Assembly (NCBI GenBank): GCA_030141605.1
Contig: JAQGDQ010000136.1
Coordinates: 310,001-374,000 of the forward strand
DNA length: 64,000 nucleotides
Direction of reading: 5' to 3'
From: Tubiluchus corallicola
Lineage: Eukaryota; Animalia; Priapulida
A model generated the notes under the pieces. That model was not told where the DNA came from and did no database searches. It was given only the letters and a program-made list of their open reading frames with translations. The translations under genes and the position numbers were made by a program. Below, piece after piece: positions 52,301 through 63,784 of this stretch (positions are counted from its first letter, which is position 1; the number at the start of each line of letters is the position of its first letter).

Positions 52301-55300
52301 ATAACTCTATCAGACAACAAAGAAAACGGAAGAAATAAACAAAGTGGTAAACAATAAACAAAGTGATAAACAATCATCTATTGTGCAAAATGTGATCAAA
52401 TTTCTCTTTCTACCTTCTGGCTGCACTAGATAATCGTGGTCTTTAGTGACCATCACACTGTCATCTTCCAGAATTGACCGATAAATTTCTTCTGGTGTTT
52501 TAGGGGATGAGACTTTCTTCTTGGGTCGAGCTACGTGCTCAGGAATAATTTGTTCCTCAGAGATGGGACGACCACCTGAACACAAACATGGCGTTCAGCT
52601 TGTACCGTGAACAACTGAATATCAGTTAACTTTGAAGATAGTACGAATAAATTATAAACATTAATAATATCAATTCTGTTACTGAATACACAAGAAAAGT
52701 ACATGTACATCAGGAAAAGGCATCAGGCGCTCAAATTAAAATTCTAGCTTACACATTATATACATAGCTATGTAATAATATATGCAATAAGTGTTCCTAG
52801 GAAACAACATGCACTATACCGAGGGTTTTCTATGTTTACAAATAAATATAAACAAGCAAAACAATGTGAACTATACACAATATAAACCATGAACTAAACT
52901 GTGCAGCCAAGTGCAACACTGAAAGTACAATGGTATCATTAATGAGCGGCAAAAGAAACATATTGCATTGATATACCATGTGATCATGCACATCCCATAT
53001 ATATCATTGCTATACATTTCTTTGCTTTGATTTCATCATACACATTAATTTACATTTAAGGATACATGTAACTTAAATACTAAAATTTATACAGAAATAA
53101 TATAATCACAACAAACACAGATCCAAACTGTAGTACAGAAATGTCTTGCATAAAAACTGCAATCAGAATAATGCATGGATTAAGTGCTGATTTCATTCTC
53201 TGACCAATAAATGTTTTTGGTAAAAACTGCTATATGCAACAAGAAATCACTAATAATAATATATGCAGTGATTGCAGTCTTGAGCTGGATCTGTGGGTAA
53301 CAATTACAAATTTTAAACAAAGATCATGTAACACACTCAGGTCACATTTACAGTGTAATACCAATGGACACAACAAGACAACATGTTGATTATCAATGAG
53401 TAGTCGGTAGTGGGTTATAAATCAGGTCGCAACATTACTGGTATTATATATTATCATTATTACCATTAACTTTAGCAGTGCAAAAACAAGACTGTACACA
53501 TTCGTAAATATGAAAGAAGTAACCAGGTAGCCAAATGATGACAATTTGTAATTCATTCTTGTGCTTCGTTTTCAAATTTAGTTTCTCATGAATCTATAAA
53601 TTATTGCCGATACTCTACATATAACTGTAATCAACAGGAATGCCGACACCACTGGAGAAATTTCACCAAATGTCTAAGCAACATGTAACACATAATTTGA
53701 TGCAAAATAACACAATAGCTTCCACGAAGTGCTTACCGAAATCAAAACGTTTTACAGGTGCATAATAATAATGGTCAAAAACCAAAAATGTCAAGCAGTA
53801 GTACAAACTTGCAAAATAATGGAAAAGTCATGCCAATGACAACAACGAAGGTGGCAAATAGCATTGGGCTATTACGTATATAATTCCTCCAGAACGTATG
53901 CAATTCCAATATGTGCACACTAATTTGTTGATGGTGTTTCAAGGTAGCATCACTTTCGTGTTGGAAATACACGTAAAAGCCCAAAGCGATGAATCACATG
54001 AGTATTTGTACCTTCGTTACTCGATTGGCTACGATTTCCGGAAGCAGACTCGCTTGAAGGAGTGCTGTTGGGAGCAAAGTGTTCAGTTTGGCGAATTGAA
54101 GCTTCTTTGATAACTTCGGAAAGACTGACATCTGCATCCTTCATGATGATATTAGCTATGAGAACATCTTGAGGTGGTTTAGTTAGTTCTGCATGCTCCT
54201 CAAACAGCTTTATTTTTTCGGAAACAGACAAGTTCATTTCATCTGCGTCATCACCACGAGCACTTCCAGAAGCACTGTGTGACAATTCTGACACATCTTG
54301 GACTGCTTCATCTGTACTTGTCAATAGAAACTCTTCTATCTTTTGCACCACTCTTTGATTTGGTTCTCCATTTGTAACAACTTCAATTCCTTCAATGTCA
54401 CCATACTCATGTTTTGTAGGTAGCCCAGGTGAAACCATAACAGGAACGGTGCTAGACATCACCACACCTAGAGATTGTTCAGGGTCCGACACTAAAGGTA
54501 AATTATGTTCAGGATCTTTACATATCACAATATTTTGCTCTTGTTCATAAGGAATGTCATTGGATGATTTAGGTTCACTTGGACTTGATGTTTCATTTGA
54601 GCTCGAACGAGAAGGTGGCGGCGCTTTCGTGACAGGATATGATTTTGCAGTACCTGGCCCTTGGTTTATAATGTGACTTTCCTTATCTGAATTAGAGTGA
54701 GCCGCCTCTTTCGTTTCCGAGTCTGAATCTTCTTCACCTCCAGAGACAACGCCATATCTTTCAATTTCGCCTTCGCTTGATACAGAATCCAGCTCCATTT
54801 TGTCTTCGGCTTGTTTTAATGATTTGTTGAATTGCAATTCGCTTAATGTTTTACCCGCATCATCCGTGCTAGCTGTTGTAAATTAGTTGTAAAGAAACAA
54901 TTATTATACCTAAAGAATTGCGACAAAAAAGACTTAAATATATTTAAATGCTACAGTCGCATAGTGAAAAGGTTTTACAAGTGTCACGAACACTGGTGTA
55001 GACTTTAACAGTAATAACAAATTATGCCACAAGATCATGCAGGTCTTGAGTTTTCAAACCATCAGGTTACAAGTAACAAACAGATGCCCTAAGACACACA
55101 AGCACATAGGTCAAAACCTTAGACTTAAAATGCCTCATACGTAAAACTTACAAGTTACAACAGAAAAGACAATAATGCTGTTCCAACATCAATGTTAGTA
55201 GAAAGTGATGATCTGGTCTTCTTCTAGTAGACATTAAATATCACACGCTGTTAATAAGGTTCTTCTAAGAACTACAGTTCATCAGTTAATAAGGCAGTCC

Positions 55301-58300
55301 ACACTCAATACCTTGTGCTGGTGCACTCGCAGCATTTGGATCAAAATCATTTCTTTCTATGTCACAGAGTTGTCGCAACAATTCTTCACGCTCAACATCG
55401 GACAAGGGTTTTGAAGAAGGTCGCTGCCGATCTACATGCATAGGTACAATTTCATCTTCCTCGGCATATTCGGGCTGTGCCATTGGGGCAATACGCTCCT
55501 GAGGGACAACCTCTGCTTCCTGTACAGGTACTTGTTGCTGGCCCGAGAGTCTTTCTTCCACGGTTTGCAGAATATTTTCTGTCCAGGGTTGAGTTTCATC
55601 CGCAATAGGAGTTGCTAGTAGCACAACAGCATATGTTATTGACTTTCTACAAGATCAGGCATGTTCATAGATATCCACTTAGTTTGTTAGTAGCATCATG
55701 CAGATTTACATGGCATTGTTTAGTAGGAATCACTGAACGCATCAAACTCATAGCCAACTAGACTGCATCCAAACTTCTTGACTTTACATTGTCATTCTTG
55801 AATGACGTAAAAAGGTGCTTGCTCATGAGAAGAGTCAACAAGCTCAATGTCTGTCTTGAATTAGTCATAGTTTAACTGTTACTCTACGTGACAAGCATTT
55901 GCTGTTTAGCACTGCACAAATGATTCAGTCCAATAAAAGAAAACGATGAATGCTATTACCAGTGCTACAGATAAGACATGTATTTGCCTAATTAGTAATT
56001 ATGTATCAATTTTGAACAAAAAACTGTGGATATAAAAATATATATCCACATAATTATTACTATGGGCGCATAAAATTACTTAAGATGAAAATTAAATGTA
56101 AATTTACAAAAAAGTTAGTCAATAATTTCAATTATATCCCAAATCTGAAACGTAATGACTGAGTAGCCACCACAATAATGACAATTCGTCTTTAAGCAAA
56201 ATCTTAATAACACTGGGTGAACTACAATGATTATATTTCCATGCTATATAATTTATTTTTGTGTTTAGTAGTACATTTATAAGATTGGGCAATGCTTTAT
56301 TTTGGTGCAATCATTGACTCGGGATTTGGCAAATAGTTAAATACTGTTAAAAAAATTAGTAATCATGAAATTTCACCATAAACTAAAAATCTAGAGGGTG
56401 ACAGACGAAAAAACTGAAAATGAAAAGTTTCTCTAGATTTTATTTTGGGCATTGGATTAAAATTTTATCCGGAGCACTGGGTATGACATATACAAAAGTA
56501 TTAGACATGTTAACTGATAACCTACGACAAGTACTTTGCTTTAAAAACAGGGTTTATAAGAAGTGCCCATAAACAAAAATGCTTCTAACATGCATCAATT
56601 AGGTAGACTGTAGAAAATATTACTTGAATTATACAAGAACCCAACATCTACTTTTCAATCAATCATGGAAAATGAGCTTGATTCCAATTAGAGATACCAC
56701 CCCTAAATCCCTTCAGCAAAGATGGGATAATTGATTTTCATGTGTCGAGGAATATGTAATAAAAGAAGTGCACACACAATAATTTTGGAGAAAATTTCAA
56801 CAAGAATTCGAGCCCTAAAGAAAAGACAGCTTCCGAGTTTACACTAGCATATCACTAACATCAAACGATGGCCATGCAGCTGACTGGCAAAAACTGCTTA
56901 CATCTATTATTAATTGGGATATATAGTTTGTGCAGCCCAAGCATCAATATCATGCTATGAAAACTGTAGATTAAAATACTGTATATACAAAGTTAACATG
57001 CATGATGCTGAAAACTAAAATATACCATTATAAACGTCACCATATTAGAACACAAGTAATCAGGTTAATTCAATAATCTATATTTCATGTCACGACTAAA
57101 TGTTAACTTAGCATTGCAATATTAAGTACTGAATCATTAAAGACATCAGAATACTTTAAACTGATTTACAATGTGTGCATTACAAAAGCACTCACATGAA
57201 TATAAATTGCAAAATTAACAATTAGAACTTATAGCTATAAAAACAGTCACTAATATATTGTAATTTGTTTAATGAGTTTTGCTAGTCCTATGCAATTAAG
57301 CAACTGAAAATGCAGCAATTCCTTGTATGCATGACAATAATTTTTCTTCAAAAGTTAGTTGTCATGATTTTCCAGATTAAAAACAAATCATTTTAGGAGG
57401 TTACACACAAGGAAAGGAAAGATAACCACTCACCTGTTCCTGAATCTCTCTCGATGACTGAGCCCTTTTCACTTTCAGATGCTTCACTCTCACCTTCCTG
57501 TAAGTAGTGCAGATGTAAATTTAGCTTTTTTGTTTTTGTCATGATCTTTAAATATGTAATAACTACAATCACAAAAAGTTAAAAGCAATAAAGTTGGATC
57601 AAAATGGGCAATTAAAGAAAAACAGGTGAAAAAGGAATGGTGAATAATTATGCATAGTAAAAATAGTTCCACCACTTTGAAATTGAGATAAATAATGTTT
57701 GCCATTTATAGTGGAAGGCAGGCTATCAAAAAAGCCTTATTGTTTTCAAAAATATAAGATAAAATGTATAATACATCCACAGGGCAGCATAATAATGTGA
57801 TAATCAGTTTTTTCAGTCGTACACAGTTATTGTACACGTACAAGCACACATATACACATCAAGATGTACATTATTAGCCATATCAACTTTTGACAAGCAG
57901 ATGCAGTAAAAAGATACACAGGCAATAATCGGAAAAGAAAATGTTGATCTGAAAACTACAACATACAATGGAATTATCACACATGACAGCAAGAGAAAAG
58001 ACGCGAATTATGTAATGAATTAACAGATAGTGTGTATAATGATAACGAATGTACAACTGTTGATGTATAACAACTGATAATAGTGTCAAAAAAACTTTCT
58101 GGAAATATGCAAAAATGTCCAAAATTGAAAAATGCTTAACCTAAAAAACTACAGGCAGTGCAATAAAACTGCTGCAAAGCAAAAAACCTAAAAAATGATA
58201 ACATTAAAAAAAACAAAATGAAAATGAATCGCTAGTGGCAGAAAAACCGAAATGCAAATTTTTTGTTTAAATTCTAACAGCTACATAATTTAATGAAAAA

Positions 58301-61300
58301 TTGTTAAAAAGCCGAACTGTCAGTTTGGTAAGGGAATTGAAAAATTCACTATTTTTAAACGACGATGTCATGCTTTTGAGTGTAAAACCCAAAAAATCAC
58401 AAATAAAAGAAAAATAAGAAAGAAATAATAACAAACCAATGAAGAACGAACCAATGAAGAAAAGATGACACTAGTAAGAAGTTGGCTTTTCTTTCTTTGT
58501 AGTAAGCAAATTGGATAATTGGATTTATAAATCAAAAACAATGACAAAATTTGCCAAAAAGGTCATAAAAATAGATTGTGTTTGTTTACACATCTAGTAT
58601 CTACTAATATGATAAAATTAGAAAAAAATGCAAAAATCTTCCACCACATCATCATGCGGAAAATCAATAAACATCTTGATATTGTTAAATGAATTCTGAG
58701 CATGTTTGCAAGCATAAATGCATTTTGCGATGCTTGCATTGCTATTAGCAACCACAGTATATAAAACAAGGTTTACTGATAGCTAAAAAGCCAACTCCTG
58801 ATTTGATATTTATTAAAATAATTTTTTTCCTGATAAACAGTTAATAAAGTGAAAGTCAAGCAAACAGGCAAAAAACACAGAAATGTGAGTTAGAATAGGC
58901 TGCTGGGCCCCAAACAACAAGCATCATGCTTGGCAACGGTGACCATGGTGACGATCATTATTCGTACTCCTACCTCTATCAAGTCCATTTGTGCCTAACA
59001 CAGAAAAGTGATGCAAGAAAAGTAAAGATTTTTCAAAAGTTAAAACTCACTGACACAAGAAACAAAAATCTACGAAAAAAATTTCAGCAAACAAAACACG
59101 GCAAGTAAAAAAGCAGCAATGCGTGTTGCACTGTGCATGTCACATAGAAACAGCAAGGTGCTATAGACTTTACATCAAAATGTGAATGCGGTTAATGAAA
59201 CATTAAAATGTGAATGTGGTTAATAAAACATCAAAATGTGAACGCAATTAATAAAACAAGTATTCTCTCCAGGCATTACGTAAATCACATGGACGGGACG
59301 ATTCTTCGAGAAGACTGCTAGTAAGTTTCGATAAAGAGAAAGTTTAATGTTGTTTGCCTTGAGTACATGTTTGTATGTAAATTGGTTATATATTGTTAAA
59401 CCGAACAGCAATATTTTAAAGTTTTAAACAACGAACTAAAACTTGTCTTACTTTCCGTTAAGTTACAACTGCTCAACTGCATAAATTTGTTAGGTTGCTG
59501 ACTACCGCTACAAATGCTAGATAATGTAAAGGAACCACTAGGCTGTGCAAATAAATGTTGCAGTAGTAAAGCAACTTCATTTTGCAATTAAAAATACTAA
59601 ATGCATTTCTTGCTAGAAATCAAAGTTTTTCTTAAAATTTTAAATGTACCAGACAGGAACTAAAGTTGTAAAAGTTTATTTTCCTACAAAGCTACAATCA
59701 GAAAAAAAATGATGGAAATAATACATGGAAATAAAAATCAAATGTTACCTTCACCAAGTCTTTCTCGTCATATGACACATCTAGTGACGCATCACGGCGC
59801 ATCGATGCATCCCTAGATGGTCCCAACTCTTCTTTGAAGTCCTCAAAACCAGACTGGTCCATTTGTGCTTTGGCTGCTGCCTTTTCAAGTTCATCGGTTA
59901 CCAATTCCACATTGTGCATGCATTTCTGCACGATGTCGTCCCTGTTTATTCTGCGCAAAGCCTTTTCAAGATTGTTACCTAAAATATATTTTATAGCATC
60001 AACATCTCTTTGGCAATATTATCACAAAATTAAGAAAGTTTATGGCTCAAGATGTTCAGTAATTCGTGTGTTCAACTGCTAAACAGGTCAATTTGATTAA
60101 TTAATAGACTGATTATTAGACTTATTAATGCACAGTATAAGCCTCTGAATAGTGGCAACAATGCCTAGGAATTACCGCCAATGACTGGATATAAAATCCA
60201 TAATTTCTGAACAAACTTATGCTATCAGCGGCATTTGTGTCAGCAAAGTTGATGCCATCGACAGTACTGACAACTTTAGGAAACAATAATGCAGATGTAA
60301 ATTGACGTATTAAATTTTTTTTCTTAACCAGTCGAAAATTTTATGCCAAAATTCTTTCATTATACATGGAAGTTTAGAAGATTTACGGCCATCACAAAAC
60401 CTAGTTTATGGCAATATCTGTAAAAATGACTCAGATACGATTAAAAATTAATAATTTTTCATGCACTTTGGCACACTGCATGCCCAAATCTAGCATTCAA
60501 AAGTAGGGCCTACTCAACTCGGTGACTATACATGACACTCGAATTAATTTCTAAGATGAGCTGCTGAACTGACAGAGGTGTCTCAGCTATGTGTGGATGT
60601 GTTTACATCTTTCCTCTACAAAGTTATGATCAGTAAGGCACATGAAAGCACCCAGAGTTTCAAACCAAGGTAGTCAAGAGATATTCATGTAAAGTACGCA
60701 AGCCTAATCACACTGTCATAACTCCACTATAATGACATCACTAAGCAATCACATTCACATGCTTACCTGTGGCCATGTCGCGTCTTTGCACAAACCACCG
60801 GTGCAACATCGTCAGCGCTTGTGTGTCAACGTCGTCGGGTTGCTCGTTTCTGATTTGCTGTATTTGCTGCTCGTTGAAATCAAGTTGTAAAGCAAGTGGG
60901 ATCCAGTCGTCTTGAAGCTCGTGTGCTATGTCAGAAAGACGAAGGTCGGCCTTAGTAATTGTCTCACCTCCAGCTGAAAAAACATTAAGACACCAAATGA
61001 AGTCATTACCATAAAATCAAATTTTTTTTATTGAGCCTGATGTATTTATTGCCAGTACCATAAACGCATCAATATTTGCATCATAATCCAAATCATTGTT
61101 TAAGTTAACAGAACTTTTAGATACTCGCAAATCACTTGTAGATCACAAAAATGCATGCATTGTGAAAATACATTTCCATAGAAATGTCATGCTTTTTTCA
61201 AGCAAAAAAAACACGATTTCACGAAAATTTGTTTTTGTACATCTAATTCAATAAAATGCGTGTCAGAAAAAATAAAGCAATTTTTACAAAATAAAATGAA

Positions 61301-63784
61301 ACCATCATAATCGATAAATAAAAAGTCGGCTGAAGAAGCATTTCTGTCTTAATTAAACTAACTAGCTTATGCGCTTATAAATGTTTAATAGCACAATCTC
61401 ACCCATTCCTACTTCTTCCAAGAATTGATACTTCTTTTCTAACGTAATCGTATCTGCAGCAATTCGTTTCTCCAGTGAATCTTCCTCGGGCAATCTAATG
61501 TTGAGATTACATATAGGAGTCTGTGCGGGCTCGCCCTTTACCACACGAGGTTCTTTCATAAATGCAATACGAGCTGAAAACAATCAAAATTACGTATTAT
61601 TGTACACAAGTTTCCTAAAATATACTGCAATTAGTCAAAAGTGTCACAATAGTAGATTCATGACAGGCATCAGGTTTAGTTATGAAATCTGTAGAATATG
61701 CTTCTATATAAGGTAACTACAGTAAGCAAAACGAAATGTCACTGCTATTTACTTATACTTTATGCAGATGTCTACTGTGCTAAGTGACATTTACACAAGT
61801 CTGTGTCTGTGTGGGTTTGATCTTATACACAATTAATGCCTAATTTTTAGGGGCAACATTGCATTTATAACCCATGCCCGTGTCATAAATACATTTCTGA
61901 ACTTAAATTAATATTTATTTGCATACAATCAAACAGCAGTTCAGTAACAAATGTCAACTGCTAGTTATCTACCAAGAAATGGCAGACATAATTCATCGAA
62001 CTGGCTACTGTTTGGAAATTTTCCTAAAAAGAATGTTTGGATTCAGTTCACCAAGAAATTTGCACTTAATTTTATCAGTAGCAGACTTGATTTTGGACAG
62101 CATACAATTACGCAGGAAGAAATACAGTATCAAATTTCACATAGACCCTAACATTAACATGTTACAGACTTTGTTACAGCTTTGTCTTACCACGCAATTA
62201 AATGGTCGAGTTTAATAATTTTTGAACATTTAGGATTCCTTAATCATAAATAATTGTTTAACATTGAAAGCAGTAAACACTTGGCACAGTATTTGGCATC
62301 CCGATGCCTCTACAGTATCCAGCACTTTGTAGCAAAAGTAATAGAACTGAAACGCAGACAATTCTTATCTAGAATGAGATGCCGGGTCTGGAAGAGGTGT
62401 ATGCATTGTACAAGAAAAGCAGTCAGAAATGAAGTGGTAGACGAAACAACCAAGAAATAGCTATTTATTCACTAATTAGCCTAGTGCTGCTTAACTTTGG
62501 TAGCTAAGTTTAGGAACTGCTCAAGGCATGTATTTCCAGCAACTATAACTGCACAGTCCACTAGCTCATACAATAACAAACGTACATTACAAAAAATAGG
62601 AAAAGTCGAATGCCGCAAAAGTGAATATTTCTATTAAAAGCATGGCTGATGCCCATCACATACCAGTTATTTTAAAATGTGTTCACTCACCTATCAATTC
62701 CTCGTGTGGATCCCGCGACCGTACTGTAAATGGTAATCTATTTTCTTGAAAGGAACGGAAATATAAGAAAAGCTGTTCCCCAGACTTCGTCACCGGAACC
62801 AAGTTGCCACCCATTTCTATGTACTGTGGCTTGCCCTCTAGCACCTAGGTGAATAACAGACCATACAAATTAGACAATGCATACAGGACAAAAAACAATT
62901 TATGTAAATGGTTTGCTGTAGATAAAAGAGAGCTGTTCATATCCTTTTTGAAGCAAGCAAGAAGCAGGAAAATAAATTTCTGATTACTAGTTGAAACATA
63001 AATGATTCAAGTTTATAAGGGGCCATCCTGCACCAAGACATGCCCTGTATAAAATTATGTAGCACAGCAGTAAGACAAGTCTGGCAAGTAAACTGCATGA
63101 ATTTTGTAACGTACAAAGATACAGATTTTCGTAAAAGAAACTTAATGTACCAACATATCTACAATTGTCGGGCTGTTGACAAGTTGGGATAGTTAGTATA
63201 CAAGCTATGTGGTTAAGGCTAAGGTACCAAGCCAGATGTGGTTGCAAAAGACTGTCTTGCAAAAGGTTCACCCGTCATTGTGTAAAGATAAAGTACACAA
63301 TCAAGAGTTAGACGGATGTCAAGAAATTAAGCATAAAATTTCGTGCTAGGATGCCTGCCTAGCACGAAAACATAAAAAGTGAAGAAATTGTCAAGATTGC
63401 ACAATACTTCAAAAAAAAGCAAGGATTTTGGGGGCGTGTGTTAAATGGAGGTCGAAACAAAAGCTCCGTTGACCGCTACTTTCAATCAGTAACATAAAAT
63501 TTTTTAAGAGCTTTATTAACAACAACAAATACTGTAATAAAAACTAATGCAATACCTCAACGTCCCGACTTCTAGCGACCTCAGAGAAATGTTCTTGACA
63601 CTCAAGCGTCTTTTCCATCTTGTCGTCTGTCATGCAGAAGACACGAAGGCGCCCTTCCTGCCGCTCCGATCGTTTGGCAAATACTACGAATTTTGCCATA
63701 AATGGGACGTGAATCGCCTCACGGTACAAGTCTGTGGCGAATTTTGCAGCTTCAGTGACTTGCTGGCAGTCCATTAACCAGAAT
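22693..63784 (-). CDS. Ank2: Ankyrin (Ank2/unc-44-like, giant isoforms), 3' part: UPA, death domain and multi-exon C-terminal tail; gene continues beyond the window
   Basis: [70 protein letters not shown] (ankyrin UPA); death domain; 23 phase-consistent exons, ~5275 codons in the window. Confidence 0.95.
23711..23815 (-). CDS. Ank2: Ankyrin penultimate exon, 105 nt, phase 2-2
   Basis: [16 protein letters not shown]...QAMIDK; AA|GTATGT donor. Confidence 0.8.
24043..24121 (-). CDS. Ank2: Ankyrin C-terminal exon, 79 nt, phase 1-2
   Basis: [27 protein letters not shown]. Confidence 0.8.
24885..24962 (-). CDS. Ank2: Ankyrin tail exon, 78 nt (read-through would end at stop 24838)
   Basis: [26 protein letters not shown]; G|GTATG donor. 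Confidence 0.68.
26132..26236 (-). CDS. Ank2: Ankyrin tail exon, 105 nt
   Basis: [35 protein letters not shown]; phase 1-1. Confidence 0.75.
27305..27349 (-). CDS. Ank2: Ankyrin tail exon, 45 nt ([15 protein letters not shown])
   Basis: T-rich ACAG| acceptor, G|GTAC donor; phase 1-1. Confidence 0.7.
28280..33391 (-). CDS. Ank2: Ankyrin giant exon 2, 5112 nt (1704 codons)
   Basis: Uninterrupted S/E/D-rich ORF; two TACTAAC branch sites, TGTAG| acceptor, G|GTAC donor; phase 1-1. Confidence 0.87.
34862..34987 (-). CDS. Ank2: Ankyrin poly-serine exon, 126 nt, phase 1-1
   Basis: [12 protein letters not shown](S)[13 protein letters not shown] with mixed Ser codons. Confidence 0.75.
35740..36524 (-). 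CDS. Ank2: Ankyrin probable alternative terminal exon (ends ...SVSSLHI*)
   Basis: Phase-1 acceptor TCTTTCAG| at 36524; acidic ORF to TAA with no convincing end donor; AATAAA at 35583-35588. Confidence 0.6.
37089..43409 (-). CDS. Ank2: Ankyrin giant exon 1, 6321 nt (2107 codons)
   Basis: Uninterrupted acidic low-complexity ORF; pyrimidine tract + CCAG| acceptor, G|GTAT donor; phase 1-1. Confidence 0.85.
44102..44995 (-). CDS. Ank2: Ankyrin tail exon, 894 nt, Ser/Pro-rich with 3 SKIP motifs
   Basis: TGCAG| acceptor, G|GTAAGC donor; phase 1-1. Confidence 0.85.
46524..46600. repeat. 3 x ~27-bp tandem repeat
   Basis: Unit approx. TTACAGACA(TA)CGGATTCTTATTAAAAA. Confidence 0.8.
47193..47270 (-). 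CDS. Ank2: Ankyrin tail exon, 78 nt, phase 1-1
   Basis: [26 protein letters not shown]; TGCAG| acceptor, G|GTGAGT donor. Confidence 0.8.
48787..48909 (-). CDS. Ank2: Ankyrin tail exon, 123 nt, phase 1-1
   Basis: [41 protein letters not shown]; G|GTAAC donor. Confidence 0.78.
49206..49387. repeat. Long interrupted (CT)n/(GA)n microsatellite
   Basis: ~180 bp CT run; source of the spurious ER/SL ORFs. Confidence 0.98.
49770..49832 (-). CDS. Ank2: Ankyrin tail exon, 63 nt, phase 1-1
   Basis: [21 protein letters not shown]; TTTATAG| acceptor, G|GTGGG donor. Confidence 0.75.
50605..50790 (-). CDS. Ank2: Ankyrin tail exon, 186 nt, phase 1-1
   Basis: [14 protein letters not shown]...PVDQSEK. Confidence 0.75.
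52414..52575 (-). CDS. Ank2: Ankyrin tail exon, 162 nt, phase 1-1
   Basis: [13 protein letters not shown]...YLVQPE. Confidence 0.78.
54012..54872 (-). CDS. Ank2: Ankyrin tail exon, 861 nt, phase 1-1
   Basis: S/E-rich ORF containing [11 protein letters not shown]; CAG| acceptor, G|GTAC donor. Confidence 0.82.
55312..55614 (-). CDS. Ank2: Ankyrin tail exon, 303 nt, phase 1-1
   Basis: [11 protein letters not shown]...ASAPAQ; AG/GT ends. Confidence 0.8.
57434..57497 (-). CDS. Ank2: Ankyrin tail exon [21 protein letters not shown]
   Basis: TACAG| acceptor, G|GTGAGT donor; phase 0-1 bridge. Confidence 0.85.
59173..59256. repeat. 3 x 28-bp tandem repeat
   Basis: Unit approx. CATCAAAATGTGAATGCGGTTAATAAAA. 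Confidence 0.85.
59749..59978 (-). CDS. Ank2: Ankyrin death domain exon 2
   Basis: [21 protein letters not shown]...[17 protein letters not shown]...YDEKDLVK; phase 1-0. Confidence 0.93.
60767..60973 (-). CDS. Ank2: Ankyrin death domain exon 1 (not in ORF track)
   Basis: [25 protein letters not shown]...QALTMLHRW...AT; G|GTAAGC donor. Confidence 0.93.
61403..61573 (-). CDS. Ank2: Ankyrin UPA C-end exon
   Basis: RIAFMKEPR...[10 protein letters not shown]; phase 1-1. Confidence 0.93.
62691..62844 (-). CDS. Ank2: Ankyrin UPA exon (not in ORF track)
   Basis: [51 protein letters not shown]; G|GTGAGT donor. Confidence 0.95.
63556..63784 (-). CDS. Ank2: Ankyrin exon, ZU5-B end / UPA N-half
   Basis: [32 protein letters not shown]...RSRDVE; TAG| acceptor, |GTATT donor. 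Confidence 0.95.
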
